Virus record (IMG/VR): IMGVR_UViG_3300032216_002167 | Coordinates: 1-37,048 of that record | Source of the DNA: a virus | Lineage: Duplodnaviria; Caudoviricetes | Length of the DNA: 37,048 nt | Direction: 5' to 3' (one strand) | In this document: piece by piece, positions 9,325-18,091 of the stretch | How positions within the stretch are numbered: position 1 is the stretch's first letter | Layout: every line of letters starts with the position of its first letter | The notes under the pieces: model-generated | What the model was told of the DNA's origin: nothing | The model's input: only the letters and a program-made list of their open reading frames with translations | Databases searched by the model: none | Position numbers and translations under genes: made by a program

Positions 9325-9876
9325 CTAATTTTGTGGAATTACCTCATCTTTCCATGATGGATTTGGAATCCACTTAAGTTTTTCGTCGTAATAGAACCCA
9401 AATGGGGTTAAATCTTCTTTCTTCCAAGCCTGTACTTGGTGGATATATTCCTTGATATACCCATCTGGATTCGCAAGAAGATTGTCCATCTCAGACCAAT
9501 GCGGTAAGCACCAGCAGAATCGCAATTCTTGTGTCTTGGGATTCTTCCAGAATACTACTGTGTCATCTTCTGGATATGGTCTATAACCGAAATACAAGAT
9601 CCTGCGTCGTATGGCTGTCTTCATCTGCCTGTCCTTCGACTCGTGAATCATTAGCCAGTATGGTTTTCCCTTGATATCGAAATTCTTGATTGCGTCGTTG
9701 ATGTCCTCTACTAGGGATGTAGTAATCTCACGAGACATATCCCCAACTTCGATATAATCTTCGTGATTATTCATATTGGCATCGCGATAGATCTTGCCTA
9801 CAGTATCGCGAGATTGATCGTATAGGGATTTAGTTCTGTCTAAGACTTTTTTAACAACATTGGGATCTTCATTCAT
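9325..9876 (-). CDS. Hypothetical phage protein
   Basis: 183-aa ORF between portal and scaffold. Confidence 0.7.
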   Translation of the reverse strand: MNEDPNVVKKVLDRTKSLYDQSRDTVGKIYRDANMNNHEDYIEVGDMSREITTSLVEDINDAIKNFDIKGKPYWLMIHESKDRQMKTAIRRRILYFGYRPYPEDDTVVFWKNPKTQELRFCWCLPHWSEMDNLLANPDGYIKEYIHQVQAWKKEDLTPFGFYYDEKLKWIPNPSWKDEVIPQN

Positions 9877-9880
9877 TTTA

Positions 9881-9908
9881 AAGGCCGAGTTAAGTTTAAC
9901 CCGACCTT
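9881..9908 (-). terminator. Stem-loop, possible weak terminator or processing site
   Basis: AAGGUCGGGUUA/UAACUCGGCCUU; the two mismatches become G-U pairs only on the minus strand; short U tail. Confidence 0.5.
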
Positions 9909-9922
9909 AGCCAAACAAGAAT

Positions 9923-10096
9923 TTATTTTCTAGAAGTTTTAGGCATATGCAATGTCATAGTTTGACCACTACGACGAAGTGCATTTTGCTCGATTGCTTC
10001 CTTAACATTTTGCCTGTGACTTTGTTGATTCATCGTCATAGGATTTGGATCAATCGGGCCCTTCTGTTCTTCTACCTTGCTACGAGATTTACTCAT
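9923..10096 (-). CDS. Small hypothetical protein (57 aa, not in ORF track)
   Basis: MSKSRSKVEEQKGPIDPNP...MPKTSRK; ATGA-coupled to 10093-10290. Confidence 0.6.
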   Translation of the reverse strand: MSKSRSKVEEQKGPIDPNPMTMNQQSHRQNVKEAIEQNALRRSGQTMTLHMPKTSRK

Positions 10097-10290
10097 GAAT
10101 AGCGCCCTTTATAGGATTGCTTTTCTACTTGTTTTGCTTCGCGCATCTTGAACGCATCTTGACGCTCAATATATTCATCTGTCTTGCTGAATCCACGTTC
10201 CGGGAACTGTGATTCTGAAGCTTGGTAGTCTTTAACATGAGGAGACATGTCCCCATTTACGTACCCAGCTTTGCCCATTTTTTCTTTCAT
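10093..10290 (-). CDS. Small hypothetical protein
   Basis: 65 aa, ATGA-coupled to portal. Confidence 0.6.
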   Translation of the reverse strand: MKEKMGKAGYVNGDMSPHVKDYQASESQFPERGFSKTDEYIERQDAFKMREAKQVEKQSYKGRYS

Positions 10291-12317
10291 ATAGCCTGCT
10301 GTTGTTGTTCGGGTTGTTTGCCTGTCTCCCTAGTCTCAAGACTATGGAGGATATTCAGAGATTGCTCAATATGAGTTAAATCAATCCCCTGAAGTTCTTT
10401 AAGAGCTTTTAATACATTGAGCAAACCAGCAGTCTTTTCTTCTTCTGCACGTTGTATTCTCTCAACATTAACTGCTTTATCTGATTGTATCTTAGCCAAA
10501 CGCTCTTTCGCAAGACCATCCTGCGATCGCGAATACGACATTTTAGTTTCGTTATCGACTTGAAGCTGCTGCATTTGAAGCTGAGCCATTTGAGACTGCT
10601 GTTCCGAAGCCGCCTTCTCGCGCTGTGTAATCTTTTCTAAAAGCTCCTCTTTGCCCTGAATATTCAATTTAGGAAGAATATCAGACCATTCGATAGGGGC
10701 TCCGATTTCTTTAGCATAAAGCAATTGCTGAGCCTCGAGCTGCTGTTGGGTTTCTGTTAAAACCCCTGTGGCCACCTTGCAACCGTACTTCATGAAAAGC
10801 TTGTTATCGAATTCGGACGTCGGTTCTTCTCCGATAATCTGTCTAATTTTCCCGAAGGTGTAGTTCTTCTGAGCCATCTCGATCGTCAGATCTCCGTCGA
10901 GCCTCTGGAACTCGTCAAACTGATCGAATAACGTCTGTAACCTAGTGATAGAGGCAGATTGCCGGATCATTGTAATTATTCCAGCCTTATCGTCGATCTC
11001 TTGCCCCATCATCTCAGGAGTAACCCCGGCGATCTCCATCATGTAATGCTTGAGAGTATCAACCATTTGAAGAAAGACAGGTGAGGGTGGGTCAATATGT
11101 AGCTTTTCAACCTTATCAAACATTCCAAGCTGAGTAGTGAGTACACGGCCGTTTCCTTGGTTTAGAGAGTCATCTGGTGTTACTAAAGCCCCCTTTTCCA
11201 TTTTTATGCCAGATTGCTGGGCCTCAACCTGATCCATTCCATTAACTTGAAATCTATTAAAACAATATTGAGCATCTCTACAATCTCTTGCGATGCCACG
11301 AAACTTATAAGCGTAGTATGGAGTGTCTGGATTGAAGTAACCAAGACACGGAACTATAGGATAACGATCGATTCCATACGGATTGGGCTCATCTACCAGA
11401 ACCCTGTCGTTGACTATGATCGTTCTGCGAACAGTAGGCTTCATTTGCTTTACTACAGTCAGTTTCTTGCGCATCTCTATGCCATCTTGCGGATCTTTCT
11501 TCCGCATCAAATCCCTCAACTGCTCATCGTCGCCATACCACTCTTGACACTCTTCCGATTCCTTATCCACTAAATATATAGCCTCACGCGAGGCTGCATA
11601 GAAATATTCATCCCAAGCAATCAAGTTTGGGAACTGAATTTGATAAACCTCAGGCATATAATAGAATTTATCATCTCTATAAGTCCCTGATGGTAGAGCC
11701 AGAAGCTCATCTCGGAAATTAGGATTTAAAGTAGCGGCTTCGTCTCGATCCAAGAACTGCCTTGTCCACCAGAAGCGGCAATCACTCATGTCATGTTTTC
11801 TAAAGTATGGATCATATAAGCATGAAGCCATGTCAACATATCTTTTTTTGATATCTCCCGAAATAACATCTTCAGATTTATCCAAATAAGAATATACAAA
11901 TCCTAGTCCTTTAGTAAGAGCTCCCTTCTCAAATGCATCTGAATAAATTTGATATGTTCCAGTGTGATTCAATATATGGAACAAAACCTTTGTCATCTGA
12001 TCAGCTGTCTTCTGAGCTCCATTTAACACAGGAACCACAGTAGAGGTTTTTCTATTCCTTCGCTGATATCCTGATGGAGTTTGAATCAGGCCGTTGGTAA
12101 TGTTGAAATTAAAAGTCTTGCGCCTGTATGTAGCCACACCAGGAAATATCAGTCCCCACAGATCTTGATCTCCCATCACAAAGCGCTGGTCTAGATCACC
12201 CTGATACCACTGAGTTTGCAGAATATTGATGCAGTCACTATAATTTTTATTAATCTGCTGACGCAGATGAAGGTCTGTCGTTGTATCTGGCCAAAAGATG
12301 GGATCATTGTTCTTCAA
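10287..12317 (-). CDS. Portal protein (P22-like)
   Basis: 676 aa; FNFN, YDPY..DMSDCRF, GIARDCRDAQ..N, GVTPEMMG motifs; Gln-rich C-terminal barrel; TTG start. Confidence 0.85.
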   Translation of the reverse strand: MKNNDPIFWPDTTTDLHLRQQINKNYSDCINILQTQWYQGDLDQRFVMGDQDLWGLIFPGVATYRRKTFNFNITNGLIQTPSGYQRRNRKTSTVVPVLNGAQKTADQMTKVLFHILNHTGTYQIYSDAFEKGALTKGLGFVYSYLDKSEDVISGDIKKRYVDMASCLYDPYFRKHDMSDCRFWWTRQFLDRDEAATLNPNFRDELLALPSGTYRDDKFYYMPEVYQIQFPNLIAWDEYFYAASREAIYLVDKESEECQEWYGDDEQLRDLMRKKDPQDGIEMRKKLTVVKQMKPTVRRTIIVNDRVLVDEPNPYGIDRYPIVPCLGYFNPDTPYYAYKFRGIARDCRDAQYCFNRFQVNGMDQVEAQQSGIKMEKGALVTPDDSLNQGNGRVLTTQLGMFDKVEKLHIDPPSPVFLQMVDTLKHYMMEIAGVTPEMMGQEIDDKAGIITMIRQSASITRLQTLFDQFDEFQRLDGDLTIEMAQKNYTFGKIRQIIGEEPTSEFDNKLFMKYGCKVATGVLTETQQQLEAQQLLYAKEIGAPIEWSDILPKLNIQGKEELLEKITQREKAASEQQSQMAQLQMQQLQVDNETKMSYSRSQDGLAKERLAKIQSDKAVNVERIQRAEEEKTAGLLNVLKALKELQGIDLTHIEQSLNILHSLETRETGKQPEQQQQAI

Positions 12318-12441
12318 GGTACACCTATTGTATACCTTCCTCTTATGTAAGAAAATTTATTTAATCAAACAATAAGTGTTACTTCCATTCTTAGTGACGT
12401 GCCCGTATAGTAGGAAGGAAAAGTAGGTGGAAAGTCGATTA

Positions 12442-12672
12442 TCATTCCAGAATATCTACTTTCAATTTCCAGAACTCCAAATCTTCTTGCATCCCTGAGA
12501 TTAAAGCCTCTTCCAATTCCTTGGTGTGATTAAGATCCATTGTTTCCCAGACATTTGAACAGAATTTAATGAAAGATTCTTTGTTATACCCAAGATCTCT
12601 ACATTCTGTCGCGCTTTTTAGAGCGTCATAAAACATGAAACTAATTTTTGGAATAGAATCTTTTTCGTACAT
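12442..12672 (-). CDS. Hypothetical protein
   Basis: 76-aa ORF with SD GAGGA. Confidence 0.55.
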   Translation of the reverse strand: MYEKDSIPKISFMFYDALKSATECRDLGYNKESFIKFCSNVWETMDLNHTKELEEALISGMQEDLEFWKLKVDILE

Positions 12673-12762
12673 AAAACAATGGTCCTCAGTTGTCGTATTT
12701 TATGAACAAAACTATCACTATTGATGATGCGACTAGAAACCAAAACCAATCAGACATTATTA

Positions 12763-12783
12763 CCCGAAAAAATTCCTAAGAGC
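12763..12783 (-). repeat. Duplicate of terL 3' end (copy 2)
   Basis: GCTCTTAGGAATTTTTTCGGG, 20/21 identical to 13182-13202. Confidence 0.85.
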
Positions 12784-12807
12784 ATTAAAATTAAATTCCA
12801 TGTTAGG

Positions 12808-13176
12808 CTATTTTATAAATCTTTCTATTACGTATAGACCAGGAGCAACGCGTGATTTTATTGCGTTACAAGCACAGTTTGTCATAATTATAAAGCACAA
12901 ACCGCTGACTAAAAAGAAAACAACTGTCATTATCCAAACTTTTTCACAATTATCATACATACTTTTCTTTACGAAGGTCTTCGCCTTTTGAAAAGTAATA
13001 AATGATAAGCATAAAAACAAAGACATAACAATAAACATGGAAATAGATGATATCACATTGGAATAAAATCCATAATCAGCTACTTCTCTAACAAATCCTG
13101 GCACTTCATCGTTCACTACTGACCCCATATTTGAGAGCCATTCAACAATTTTAGAGTATAATTCTTCTTTTTCCAT
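12808..13176 (-). CDS. Two-TM membrane protein (accessory/moron-like)
   Basis: Two hydrophobic segments; TAATG-coupled to terL; flanked by 21-bp direct repeats. Confidence 0.65.
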   Translation of the reverse strand: MEKEELYSKIVEWLSNMGSVVNDEVPGFVREVADYGFYSNVISSISMFIVMSLFLCLSFITFQKAKTFVKKSMYDNCEKVWIMTVVFFLVSGLCFIIMTNCACNAIKSRVAPGLYVIERFIK

Positions 13177-13961
13177 TACTGCCCAAAAAAATTCCTAAGA
13201 GCTTTGTAATCATTTTCAAGAGATCCGCTTGCAGAAGTAACGCGCTTGACCCCAGCCGCCAGATATCTCATGGCATCGGAGCAATGAGAACAATCGTCGT
13301 GCACTGGCTCGCTCGTCCATCCACCGAAGGAGTTATTCCACTTCTTCTTATAATTCTCAAGCATTTTTAGTCCTTCGAAGCATTTCGTTTTGTCGAACCA
13401 GCACTTTGATAACGTTGTCTTAACGAGATTAACGCCCTGCAAAAAACTATGAGGCTCAAGAACGACACCAGTGAGGCCCAGCGGTCTAGCTTGATCGACG
13501 AAAGTAATGCCGCTGCGATCCCTAGCACCAGCATCGTGAGGCCATATGTGAATACCATAATTGTACCCCTTGGACTTAAGCAAAATGGAAACCTGATCTA
13601 ACGGTGTGTTATTTTTTTGCCAAAAGTCAATGATATTGATATCGTCTGATCTATTTACTTGAAAGAACCAGATAGCCATAGAGTCCGCCTGTCCTAGGTC
13701 CCAGGCAGTGTGACAGGGAATTGCTCTATCATAAGATACGTTTGTGATATGCCCGGTATCGTAAAGTTCCTTTATATTGCTGGCATACCAATATCCATCC
13801 TGTGAAGCGGAGAAGGCTTCTTCCGGAGTGGAAGGATACTCCCGGCTCATGAACTCGCCTTGAGTTTCCTTTTTTTTCGAGTACCACCACTTTTGCGGAT
13901 CTGTTAGTTTTACCCCATCTAGTTCTAACTTATCGAAATACTCCTTAAGATCTTGGTTCAT
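13176..13961 (-). CDS. terL: Terminase large subunit, C-terminal part (ATPase lid + RNase H-like nuclease)
   Basis: REYPSTPEEAF, TAWDLG..D, WPHDA, PVHDDCSHCSDAMRY. Confidence 0.9.
   Translation of the reverse strand: MNQDLKEYFDKLELDGVKLTDPQKWWYSKKKETQGEFMSREYPSTPEEAFSASQDGYWYASNIKELYDTGHITNVSYDRAIPCHTAWDLGQADSMAIWFFQVNRSDDINIIDFWQKNNTPLDQVSILLKSKGYNYGIHIWPHDAGARDRSGITFVDQARPLGLTGVVLEPHSFLQGVNLVKTTLSKCWFDKTKCFEGLKMLENYKKKWNNSFGGWTSEPVHDDCSHCSDAMRYLAAGVKRVTSASGSLENDYKALRNFFGQ
13182..13202 (-). repeat. terL 3' end (copy 1)
   Basis: GCTCTTAGGAATTTTTTTGGG encoding ALRNFFG. Confidence 0.85.
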
Positions 13962-14691
13962 TTACTGTATATCCGTGTTCTTTCAAAAAACTTATACATT
14001 CTTTAATCTGGTTCTCTGTTGAATATCTAAATTCCATAGCTTTAATGCTGTTTTTGCTAATCGTTATCCATTGACAATTTTCTGGACAATAATCTTTATT
14101 GGAATTAATTCGATCGATGCAAAGCTTGTCTTTTCTGCAACAATTTTTTTGGTACATCCAACCATTCTTTTCTGACCATTGAATGAATTTTATGGGAAAT
14201 CTCATCCATTCTTCGTAAACTTTTATTCCTTTTCCTCCGTACCATTTGAAAGACTTCTCTGAAGGATTGGTGCATCTATCAATCATCCTTTGTAAAACAT
14301 TTTTAAGGGGGTGTTTATTAGGGCCACAAGAACATTTTAGATATTTTCCTTTTCTTAAGTTAGATATTTCCACATCAAATTCTGTTCCGCAATCGCATTG
14401 AACCAAATAAGTTGTGGTATGTAATCTTACATCGTGTATTCGTTTTAAAACATTGATTGAACCTATTCTTTTCCCCGAATAATCAATAAAATTAACAGGA
14501 GTTTTACCTGTAAACATTCTTTTAGCGCAGATCGCCATCATCTTTTTTTTTAAACACCCACAACTTGAAGTGTTCCCAGATTTTACGTTCCACCAGTCTA
14601 ATCGCTTTTCAACCCCACAATCGCAACGACAAAGAATCTTATCGTTTTTGTCCCACTTCTCTTCTAATAATGTAAGATTTCCATATTTCAT
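13945..14691 (-). CDS. HNH-family homing endonuclease interrupting terL
   Basis: Two CxCDCG..SCG repeats; RCTNP..YGGKGIKV..W; IDRINSNKDYCPENCQW. Confidence 0.85.
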   Translation of the reverse strand: MKYGNLTLLEEKWDKNDKILCRCDCGVEKRLDWWNVKSGNTSSCGCLKKKMMAICAKRMFTGKTPVNFIDYSGKRIGSINVLKRIHDVRLHTTTYLVQCDCGTEFDVEISNLRKGKYLKCSCGPNKHPLKNVLQRMIDRCTNPSEKSFKWYGGKGIKVYEEWMRFPIKFIQWSEKNGWMYQKNCCRKDKLCIDRINSNKDYCPENCQWITISKNSIKAMEFRYSTENQIKECISFLKEHGYTVNEPRS

Positions 14692-14695
14692 GGAT

Positions 14696-15466
14696 TCATT
14701 CTAGCAGATCGCCATTTTTCCTTCCTAGGGAATACGAATTTTCCTTCCACCAGGGAAGAAAAAACGGCTTAAAATCCATATTTCCATATGGCTTTCCAGA
14801 AAGATGATGTTCCCAAGCCTTTTGCCACAGGTCGTGAAAGAACCCATCTTTTCCCTCGGCGGTGCTCTCGATAAATATATGCTGACCCACATGGACCGTG
14901 TTTAACGACCCAGAGATTATTTCATTAGCCCTTTCAGGGTAACGTGCACATATCTTCCCGAATTCTGATATATGTAAGTATTGAAGTGTCGACGAACGCA
15001 ACGATGTACCGACTCGGATAGTGCTTCCATGGGAAAAAGAGAGTTCCTTTGCTGAATCTCCAATGGGTCTAAATAGCTTTCGTAGGTTGGGATGCAGATT
15101 GTCAAATGCGAACTTAAGCTTGTCTTTGAAGATGTTGGAAGCGTCGTCCAAAGTTTGCGCGATAACACCACATTGTGTGTTTTCCTTCCACAGAACCTTA
15201 TCAAGAAGAAAGATACAGTAGAAGGTTGTAATCCCGAGCTGACGTGCTTTGAGCACGATGTTATATTCATGCATTTCCTCGTACAGTATTTTTTGTGCCC
15301 AGTTTAGACTAAATTTCTGCTTCTTCCCCTGTGAGTTCTTGATGAAGTACAGATTGTTCATCCGAAACGTCTGAGAGCTTAATTCCTCTCGAGAGTAAGG
15401 CAGATTCAAGTTTTTCGAATTTCTCTGATAAGCAGATGATAGTTCTTGCTTCAGATCCCTCATCAT
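14696..15466 (-). CDS. terL: Terminase large subunit, N-terminal ATPase part
   Basis: RMNNLY, NWAQ, Walker A LKARQLGITT, Walker B LHISEFG, coupling motif ESTA; start placed at SD-preceded ATG 15466. Confidence 0.9.
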   Translation of the reverse strand: MMRDLKQELSSAYQRNSKNLNLPYSREELSSQTFRMNNLYFIKNSQGKKQKFSLNWAQKILYEEMHEYNIVLKARQLGITTFYCIFLLDKVLWKENTQCGVIAQTLDDASNIFKDKLKFAFDNLHPNLRKLFRPIGDSAKELSFSHGSTIRVGTSLRSSTLQYLHISEFGKICARYPERANEIISGSLNTVHVGQHIFIESTAEGKDGFFHDLWQKAWEHHLSGKPYGNMDFKPFFLPWWKENSYSLGRKNGDLLE

Positions 15467-15785
15467 CGTCTCGCTTTCCTTGTCCAAGCCACTCCTTTCC
15501 AAGTAGTGTTAACATTTGATTGCTGCCGCGCATAGCCGACTGAAATTGCTTCAGCTTGACCATTCCCAATCCCCCTGGTCTCCTATTGGGGAGATACTCG
15601 GAGAAAGTAACCCCTTTTTCAATCGTAAATCTGTCATAAAAAGTGTCGGTACAAACTCCCAGTGCACCCGAAATTTCTCTTCCATTGCATCCAGACAGTA
15701 TCATATTTTCAACCAACTTCCAGTCGATTGGAATTACAGGCCTATACGGTTGTCTTTTCTTACCTGGATTTTTTTTTCTCGGCAC
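15309..15785 (-). CDS. terS: Terminase small subunit (HTH)
   Basis: IDW..V..GC...EI...LGV..DTFY; QF..AM.G...ML..LGKEWLGQ; directly upstream of terL. Confidence 0.7.
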   Translation of the reverse strand: MPRKKNPGKKRQPYRPVIPIDWKLVENMILSGCNGREISGALGVCTDTFYDRFTIEKGVTFSEYLPNRRPGGLGMVKLKQFQSAMRGSNQMLTLLGKEWLGQGKRDDDEGSEARTIICLSEKFEKLESALLSRGIKLSDVSDEQSVLHQELTGEEAEI

Positions 15786-15808
15786 TATTATTTTTTACCT
15801 TTAGTTTT

Positions 15809-16003
15809 TTATACTTCATCTGGTTCTGTTCTCTCTATATATCCGGGACTAAACGGATTTGCACAATACACCCTGCATAAAACTGGAATGTCTTGCGCCG
15901 CTCTAGATTGGACAATGATATCCGCTCCCTCTAGTATGTTCAAAGCGTCCGTCTTTGTTAACTCTACAATAACATATGTTGTGTTAGTCGCATTAACTAT
16001 CAT
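15809..16003 (-). CDS. Hypothetical protein
   Basis: ATGA-coupled to ParB-like gene. Confidence 0.45.
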   Translation of the reverse strand: MIVNATNTTYVIVELTKTDALNILEGADIIVQSRAAQDIPVLCRVYCANPFSPGYIERTEPDEV

Positions 16004-16479
16004 TTTTTCTTTTTCCTTATTTTCTGTCCACATGAACTACAAGTTTCTTCTTCAGGCTTTTCTTTTTCTCCTTCTTCCTCTTCTTCTAAAAGAATTCCCA
16101 GATCATCAGCTGTAAATCCCCATTCAGCCAAATCATGGAGATCGAACGAATTAGATAGAACATCCTCATCCCACTCGCCTTTGTTCTTGTTACTTCGTAT
16201 GAGATATTCTCTCATTTCTTCTAAAGATAGTTGTCGGCTAGGGACGCGCACATCTATTTCGTGCTTTCCCCATCCTAACTGAAGCATCGCCTTAACCCGC
16301 ATGTGTCCAGCAATGATAGTATTATCTGGCTGAATTGCCACTGTTTCGGCGTAATCGAATTTCTCTAGAGATCTCTTGAGATGAGCAAGTTGGTCTTTTT
16401 TGATCTGCCGTGGATTATCGGCATAGGGAATCAGAGATTTTACAATTCTCTTTTCATTGTGCCATGTAATTTTTTCCAT
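16000..16479 (-). CDS. ParB/Srx N-terminal domain protein
   Basis: LIPYADNPR..SLEKF..IIAGHMR..IRSNKNKGEWD; C-terminal CxxC. Confidence 0.85.
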   Translation of the reverse strand: MEKITWHNEKRIVKSLIPYADNPRQIKKDQLAHLKRSLEKFDYAETVAIQPDNTIIAGHMRVKAMLQLGWGKHEIDVRVPSRQLSLEEMREYLIRSNKNKGEWDEDVLSNSFDLHDLAEWGFTADDLGILLEEEEEGEKEKPEEETCSSCGQKIRKKKK

Positions 16480-16656
16480 TTATCCTTGGATGATTGAGAT
16501 GGTAATTTCGGCCGAAGACACTATGACAATAACCGCCATTACTACCATGGAAAGAAAAGTAAAAACATCTACTACTTTTTGGGCTTTCCTGGAGCGGATA
16601 CAGGCGGCTTTCCTTGGGGTGGCTTTTGGGATGGCTTTGAAGGGCATGACATACAT
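16480..16656 (-). CDS. Small protein with C-terminal TM (58 aa); alternative 26-aa Pro/Lys ORF at 16572-16652
   Basis: MYVMPFKAIPKATPRK..VFTFLSMVVMAVIVIV; abuts both neighbours. Confidence 0.35.
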   Translation of the reverse strand: MYVMPFKAIPKATPRKAACIRSRKAQKVVDVFTFLSMVVMAVIVIVSSAEITISIIQG

Positions 16657-16821
16657 CTACCTTTTTTTGTTTTTTTCTAGTTTATGAAGCTTTTTAATTT
16701 CAGGATCACGGACGCGCTCGTCGTAATTAGCAAGTTTCATATTAGAGCGTTCAGCCTTCTTAAGAATCTTCTCAGCCTTTCGAATCGGCTTAGTAACCTG
16801 AGAGCGCATCTTCTTGTCCAT
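16657..16821 (-). CDS. Small basic protein (54 aa, not in ORF track)
   Basis: MDKKMRSQVTKPIRKAEKILKKAERSNMKLANYDERVRDPEIKKLHKLEKNKKR, SD AGGA. Confidence 0.65.
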   Translation of the reverse strand: MDKKMRSQVTKPIRKAEKILKKAERSNMKLANYDERVRDPEIKKLHKLEKNKKR

Positions 16822-16830
16822 ACCTGGGTC

Positions 16831-16971
16831 CTATTTTTTCTTCTTGGATGGCATAGCTGATTTAGCTTTTGCGTGATGTTTTTTTGGCATAGAGTGCATG
16901 TGAGGCATTTCATGCTCCTCATGGTGTTTCATCATTTTTTTCTTGCTGGATGCTTGTTTTTTTGCGTGCAT
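16831..16971 (-). CDS. Lys/His/Met-rich peptide (46 aa, not in ORF track)
   Basis: MHAKKQASSKKKMMKHHEEHEMPHMHSMPKKHHAKAKSAMPSKKKK, SD AAGGA. Confidence 0.65.
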   Translation of the reverse strand: MHAKKQASSKKKMMKHHEEHEMPHMHSMPKKHHAKAKSAMPSKKKK

Positions 16972-17050
16972 ATAATTTCCTTGTGGTGATTCACATGGTT
17001 TTTACATAGCAAATATTTATTATTATGGGATAGTGAAATTTGTCATATTT

Positions 17051-17482
17051 TTAGTTTTTAGATTCTGCACTCTTGAAAATTCCTCGATCTATCCGATTTT
17101 TATAGATGGGAAACTTCTTCAAAAATTCAATTGTATTTTCTTCGTGAACGTACCAGAAGATATTTAAAACATCGACTTTATAAACACAATTTTTTCTAAA
17201 TTCTCTATCCTGACGGCAGTATCTAGATATAGATTGCGGAGAGACGAAAATGTACTTACTACAAAATGAAACGATGCTAATATATCCAGGCGGAATAATA
17301 CCTAGAAGGAGATCTGGGCATTCTGGTTGGACTTCCTTTAGTCCTTCTTTATCAAGAATGTACTCGGCTATTGCTATAAGAAGAGAGTCTGATTTACCTA
17401 ATGGACTACAAGCATTAGCGTAGTATACTCTTAAACAGTCGATTTTTTTTCTGATTTCTGGTAATCGATATGTATTATTCAT
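17051..17482 (-). CDS. Hypothetical protein
   Basis: ATG 17482 with SD GAGG. Confidence 0.6.
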   Translation of the reverse strand: MNNTYRLPEIRKKIDCLRVYYANACSPLGKSDSLLIAIAEYILDKEGLKEVQPECPDLLLGIIPPGYISIVSFCSKYIFVSPQSISRYCRQDREFRKNCVYKVDVLNIFWYVHEENTIEFLKKFPIYKNRIDRGIFKSAESKN

Positions 17483-17548
17483 TTGTAACCTCAGGTTGAA
17501 GGCTACACATGACACTTTTGGTTTTTTTGGACAACTAAATTTTCTAGT

Positions 17549-18091
17549 TCATAATAATTTCTTCAAATCTAATCGACAGTGAGGATAGTTGGAAAGGGGT
17601 TCAAAAACGGTATTGTTCTTCTTTCGATTGATTTCTTTAGGAAGCCATTGAAGATTTTCTAAAGAATGTTGACCATGTTTAGAAATAGGAATGATATGAT
17701 CGATTTCATGTCCACTAGGACAATCCTCGTAGAACTTCTTCATTAATAATTTTTCATCTTCAGAACTTATTGCAGAATGAATTGAAGATCGTTTTTTGAT
17801 TCTGTATAGAGAACGTCCTATTTTTGTAGAAGATCGTGAATTTTCACGTTTACGAAATTCTTGATGAATCTTTTTCACAATTGGTTCATATTCTTGATCG
17901 ACACTTTTCATGTCTCCAAAAAAATTAAACCTTGGATCAGAAATTATTTTAAAATAAGGTTTTAAAGGAGAAAACTTTTCTTCAATTTTTGCTTTGAAAA
18001 AAGAAAGTTTTTCTTGTCTTTCTTTAAAGAGGCTTTTCTGTTCCTCGACCCAAAAACTCTTTATCACACACCGAAAATCCATAATGTGCAT
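17549..18091 (-). CDS. HNH endonuclease
   Basis: CPSGHEIDHIIPISKHGQHSLENLQWLPKEINRKKNN. Confidence 0.85.
   Translation of the reverse strand: MHIMDFRCVIKSFWVEEQKSLFKERQEKLSFFKAKIEEKFSPLKPYFKIISDPRFNFFGDMKSVDQEYEPIVKKIHQEFRKRENSRSSTKIGRSLYRIKKRSSIHSAISSEDEKLLMKKFYEDCPSGHEIDHIIPISKHGQHSLENLQWLPKEINRKKNNTVFEPLSNYPHCRLDLKKLL

Noticed and set aside
12808-13176. Holin call
   Set aside because: Two TMs alone are insufficient; no adjacent endolysin; cassette-like context
13945-14700. Group I intron or intein in terL
   Set aside because: No non-coding space for a ribozyme core; HNH is out of frame with both halves; no intein terminal motifs. An intron fully embedded in coding sequence is not formally excluded
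14527-14716. 12-bp repeat ATGGCGATCTGC, and loose AATGAA(T)CCA similarity at both HNH borders, as a target-site duplication
   Set aside because: Short and compatible with chance; the 12-mer's second copy is internal to the HNH, not at its border
16000-16479. ParB as evidence of a plasmid partition system
   Set aside because: Only the N-terminal ParB/Srx domain, no HTH, no ParA; such genes are common beside terS
16737-16922. 61-aa Cys/Arg ORF in the track
   Set aside because: Straddles two better ORFs with SD sequences in other frames
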